A DNA stretch of 64,000 nucleotides, from NCBI RefSeq assembly GCF_009914755.1, contig NC_060947.1, one strand, 5' to 3'. The notes beneath the pieces are model-generated. The model did not search any database and was not told the DNA's origin. It was given only the letters and a program-made list of their open reading frames with translations. Below are positions 59,561-64,000 of the stretch, in pieces. The stretch is from the human T2T-CHM13v2.0 reference genome, Homo sapiens. Numbering within the stretch: the stretch's first letter is position 1; the number at the start of each line of letters is the position of its first letter. A program made the translations under genes and the position numbers.

Positions 59561-60329
59561 GTAATATTGAGAAATCAAAAATGTAACCATCTGGGTATGT
59601 GCATCCCTGACAATTTATTAAAGCTAAACAGCTCACCTTGTGAATAGTCTCCAAATATCCTCACTAGAAAATGATAATGACTTTCATGCAGAATAGATAC
59701 AGGAATAATTCTGGTCCAGGATGGCCCTTCTTTTATGGATCCCCTAGACAATAAGATGGCTCTTTCTTGCTTTAGAATCACCAAGATTGATCACAGAAGG
59801 TCCTGCTCTTTGCTTGTCAATCCCAAGAAGAGTTGTTTCTCACTGAAGCTCTGTCTCTCTAACATGTGATCTCAGAGTGTGGCAAGAGCTAGGATTGTTT
59901 GTTTTTTGTAATTATGTGTACACTGTGATGAGGTAGTTGTCAGGTCTTCAGAAACCTTAGCACTTTGTTTTAAAATCTTAGTATAATATTAACCTAAGCA
60001 GTCTAACTCATATTATTATTAGCCATTGGCAATGTGCAGGTTTTACATATTGACTCAGAAACACAAAAATTCCCAAATATGGCAAACTCAAACTTATATT
60101 CCTGTGGGTCATGTGTCAGCAGATTCTTTGTGGGAGCTCATCTCTCTTCACTGGAAGCACTTTTTCCCTCTCCACCCTGTTCCCACACATTTGCCCAGAG
60201 ATTTCTCAGGCTCCTTTGGCCCTAGCAGTGATTGACTAGTTTGCCTTTCTCAGTATCCATAAGCTCAACTCCAGTACATTCTTTTCTTGCTCTTGTGCTT
60301 AAGGTGGCAAGACATTCAGCCAGTAGGCA

Positions 60330-60629
60330 TTTTTTTTTTTTTTTTTTTTGAGACGGAGTCTCGCTCTGTTGCTCAGGCTGGAGTGCAGTGGCGCAATCTC
60401 GGCTCACCGCAACCTCCCTCTCCGGGGTTCAAGCGATTCTTCTGCCTCAGCCTCCTGAGTTGCTGGGACTACAGGTGCGCGCCACGACGCCTGGCTAATT
60501 TTTGTATTTTTAGTAGAGATGAGGTTTCGCCACATTGGCCAGGCTGGTCTTTAACTCCTGACCTCGTGATCCGCCCGCCTCAGCCTCCCAAAGTGCTGGG
60601 ATTACAGGCGTGAGCCACCACGGCTGGCT
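60330..60629 (-). mobile_element. AluSc/Sg-like, CpG-rich
   Basis: gacctcgtgatccgcccgcc. TSD ggcattttt / ggcattctt. Confidence 0.95.
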
Positions 60630-61887
60630 GGCATTCTTACATACTGTTTGTTCATAGCGTGTTAGATAGGTGAAAGTCTATGCCTTCGGAATTGTTATAT
60701 ACTTTGTATATCACCTGATACAAATTTGCTTTGGACAAATTTATTTCTACCATGTGTCAAATTTTGTTAATTTACCAGCAAGGGAACCAGCAAAACAACA
60801 GAAACATTTAAAAGAGAGCATGCCAGGTGGGAAAGGGCTTTGAAATTGAATGATTAAAAATTTGGAAACTAAGAATGCTTACATAAACAAGTAGGTTTTC
60901 ATAATAATGAAGAAAGTGTCCTTTCATAAAGTCTTAAAAGACATAATGTCCTTTCCTGATGTTACAAAGGAAGCTTGTGGCAGTACAGTTCATACTGACC
61001 ATCAGTCAGAAAATAAAAAGCACTTTCGGTACATGCTATCAGTCAGAAAACAAACAAAAAAAAAACATTTGTATTTAAGCAGCAAATGTTCAGAATTTAT
61101 CTGCTTGAGATTAAAAGTTTTCATCCTCCAGCAACAGTGTAGAATAGGGACATCTAACAAGAAGGCCTGAAATCAAGTCAATAGAGATAGGAAGCAGAAC
61201 ACCAAAAAGCAAGTTATTGCCAGTGATTTTCTTTCAATCTGAGAATAAATATGTAGAATATATAGTTTGCCCATTTCTTAGCTTGGCAATATTTTTTTTC
61301 CTTTTGACTGTCTATTTTTCTGGTCTCCTCTTCCAAAAGGCAATAATCATTCACATTTTAACATGTTGTTTGATTGTTTGTTATAATTTTTCAATATAGT
61401 GAAACTTAGACATACTTTCTTTATACACTGTTATTAGAACCATGATTATCAGCAAGGTTTGTACTTATTTATATTAATCATTTAACTCAGTTTCCAACAT
61501 CTTGGAGCAATTTCCAAATTAAATAACCAAGTAAATAAATCTTAATGGTAACAAATTAATTTGTCAATTCACCTGGGCTTTTAGAGTATTTTGTTTACAT
61601 ATCTTGATATATTTACATAAGTGCATTATGTGTTACTGAACATACCCACACCTCATTATATTGTTGCCAACCCTTTCATGGTGAGAAACTACCAAGCCCT
61701 GATAACTGTTTCTCCGAAGATTGTGAAAAAATCCAAAGCTCTATTTTAAAAAGTCCCAATTACTCCAGAAATGCTCTTTACCAATTTTATGAACTTACTT
61801 TCTCCAAAGTTAGAGAATAAAGATCAAGAAATTTACCTTAAAGACTGAGATATTTCTGGTATGCTGTAATGTGGAGAGTTAAAATAT

Positions 61888-61948
61888 AAAAGGAAGAGGA
61901 GGAGAAGGAGAAAGAGAAGGAAAAGGAGAGGGAGAAAGAAAAAAAACA
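61888..61948. repeat. GA-rich low-complexity tract
   Basis: Direct inspection. Confidence 0.8.
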
Positions 61949-62403
61949 CTATGGCATAAGACCGTCAGAATAGAGAATACCTATAAACACAGTATCTAAA
62001 ACATCCCCATGAAAATAATCATAATTAGACTTTCCCCTCCTTTCATTCAGCCCTCCCTTAGTCTCATGTAACAAATTCTTGTTCCATTTGTTTTGGAATC
62101 GTGATCTACCTCCTGAAGTCCCCTGCTTCTGGGCTGACATAGTCTGGGAAATTTTGAATCTTGGGTCCTTTGTACAGTGCATTTCATTGTGGCTCTAAGG
62201 CTAACTTTCTTAGACCCATCTTTCATAATACCCAATCTTTGATCTGTAATTTGTGACACATCCCTTTGTGACTGTCACAATGAAAGTTGCAAGACTGACA
62301 GCTTTGGGTTGATTTAGTACAGCGATTGAATATATCAGATAGAGGAGCCTGGATTTCCCTATTGGGTATAATACATATACGGACCTAACCATGACCTTTT
62401 CTT

Positions 62404-62703
62404 AAGGACAAAAAACCAAACACTGCATGTTCTCACTCATAGGTGGGAATTGAACAATGAGAACACATGGACACAGGAAGGGGAACATCACACTCTGGGG
62501 ACTGTTGTGGGGTGGGGGGAGGGGGGAGGGATAGCATTAGGAGATATACCTAATGTTAAATGACGAGTTAATGGGTGCAGCACACCAACCTGGCACATGT
62601 ATACATATGTAACAAACCTGCACATTGTGCACATGTACCCTAAAACTTAAAGTGTAATAATAATAAAATTTAAAAAAATTTCCAAAAATTGAAAAAAAAA
62701 AAG
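62404..62703 (+). mobile_element. 5'-truncated L1PA4-like 3' end, about 300 bp
   Basis: ctcactcataggtgggaattgaac and taatgttaaatgacgagtt, followed by an A tail. The reconstructed empty site ctt|aaga fits the L1 EN consensus. Confidence 0.93.
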
Positions 62704-63163
62704 AATTTAGGTAACAATTACCATAAGTAAGTGTAAGTCAGTCAGTCTATGTTTTATGGACTGTGATTGGCAAGTCTACTTTATAAACCTTCCTATAAAG
62801 TGTGGACCACAATTGTCACTAAAAAGCAAGGAATAAGAACCTGGGAATGAAATCTTATAATGTACATCAATTTGTAAAATGTTATTGTGTCAGCATGTAC
62901 ACATGAATAAGAGCATGCTTATGTCTATCTGAAAAAGATACAGTCAGTGAAACATTTATATCAATAGCCCTTTACCTATACAAAATTAATCTAGGAGAGG
63001 CTGATTTTCTTTTTTTGATTTGGCAGTTTTTCCAAAATGTGTGTCTAAAAAGAGATAGTCGTTCTTCTAACACTAAATCTACTTATAAAATAGCATGCCA
63101 AATATACCTAAGTATATTTTCATCCCTTCTTTTATTAGGTGAGGGAGTATGCCTTTTGTATTA

Positions 63164-63388
<225 letters not shown>

Positions 63389-63736
63389 TTAATTAAAGAT
63401 AAAATTTGGGGGAAGAAAATAACTAAAGAGGCTACTAGAGGAAATCAGCTGCTTAATTAAAATTAGAAAATACACACCTAAGAGGAAGAAACAGTTTTAT
63501 CCATGGATATCTCATTAACTATAGTGACAATGCAATATTTAAAATAAACATAACAGAAAGAAGCACAACAATAAATAAAAATTTAGCTCTTCCTGAAATG
63601 AAGACTTTGTGAGCACAAGAGGTAGCACAAAAGAATATGAATAACCTCGTGTGGATTGAAAATGTACATGAAGGTGAGGCGTATTAAATATTTTGCTATC
63701 ATGATAGAATATATGAAATGTAAATAATAAGTTTAT

Positions 63737-64000
63737 GCCGGGCGCGGTGGCTCACATCTGTAATCCCAGCACTTTGGGAGGCCAAGGCAGGTGAATCACT
63801 AGAGGTCGGGAGTTAGAGACTACCCTGGTCAACATGGCGAAACCCCGTCTCTACCGAAAATACAAAACGCCGGGCATGATGGTGCATGCCTGTAATCCCA
63901 GCTACTTAGGAGGCTGAGGACTTGAGCCAGGGAAGCGGAGGTTGCAGTGCGCTGAGAAAGCGCCATTGCACTCCAGCCTGGGCAACAGAGGGAAACTCTG
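63737..64000 (+). mobile_element. AluS, runs off the window
   Basis: gccgggcgcggtggctcac...ccagcctgggcaacagag. Confidence 0.95.

Overview
Primate (human-like/hominoid) nuclear DNA, AT-rich and made mostly of interspersed repeats. No intact protein-coding gene, RNA gene or CRISPR array can be supported. The first 24 kb is LTR/ERV-rich: MER21, ERVL pol/dUTPase remnants, a complete THE1 element with TSD, solo LTR2 and MER9 LTRs, and a MER4-group provirus. From 25 to 56 kb it is a nested stack of LINE-1s of several ages, with Alus, MIR and Tigger3. Most predicted ORFs are decayed L1/ERV frames or Alu/microsatellite artefacts. The most notable structure is an insertion at about 24.98-27.13 kb that looks like a retrocopy of a spliced chimeric RNA: an MLT2A LTR segment running from its predicted TSS to its splice donor, joined to an internally deleted L1PA7-like element inside one degenerate TSD. 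The second is a block of about 10 kb (37.2-47.2 kb) that splits an ancient L1M ORF2 and looks like a full-length L1PA15/16-like insertion carrying both 5' and 3' transduced flanks. Subfamily names come from recalled consensus sequences and need RepeatMasker/Dfam confirmation.
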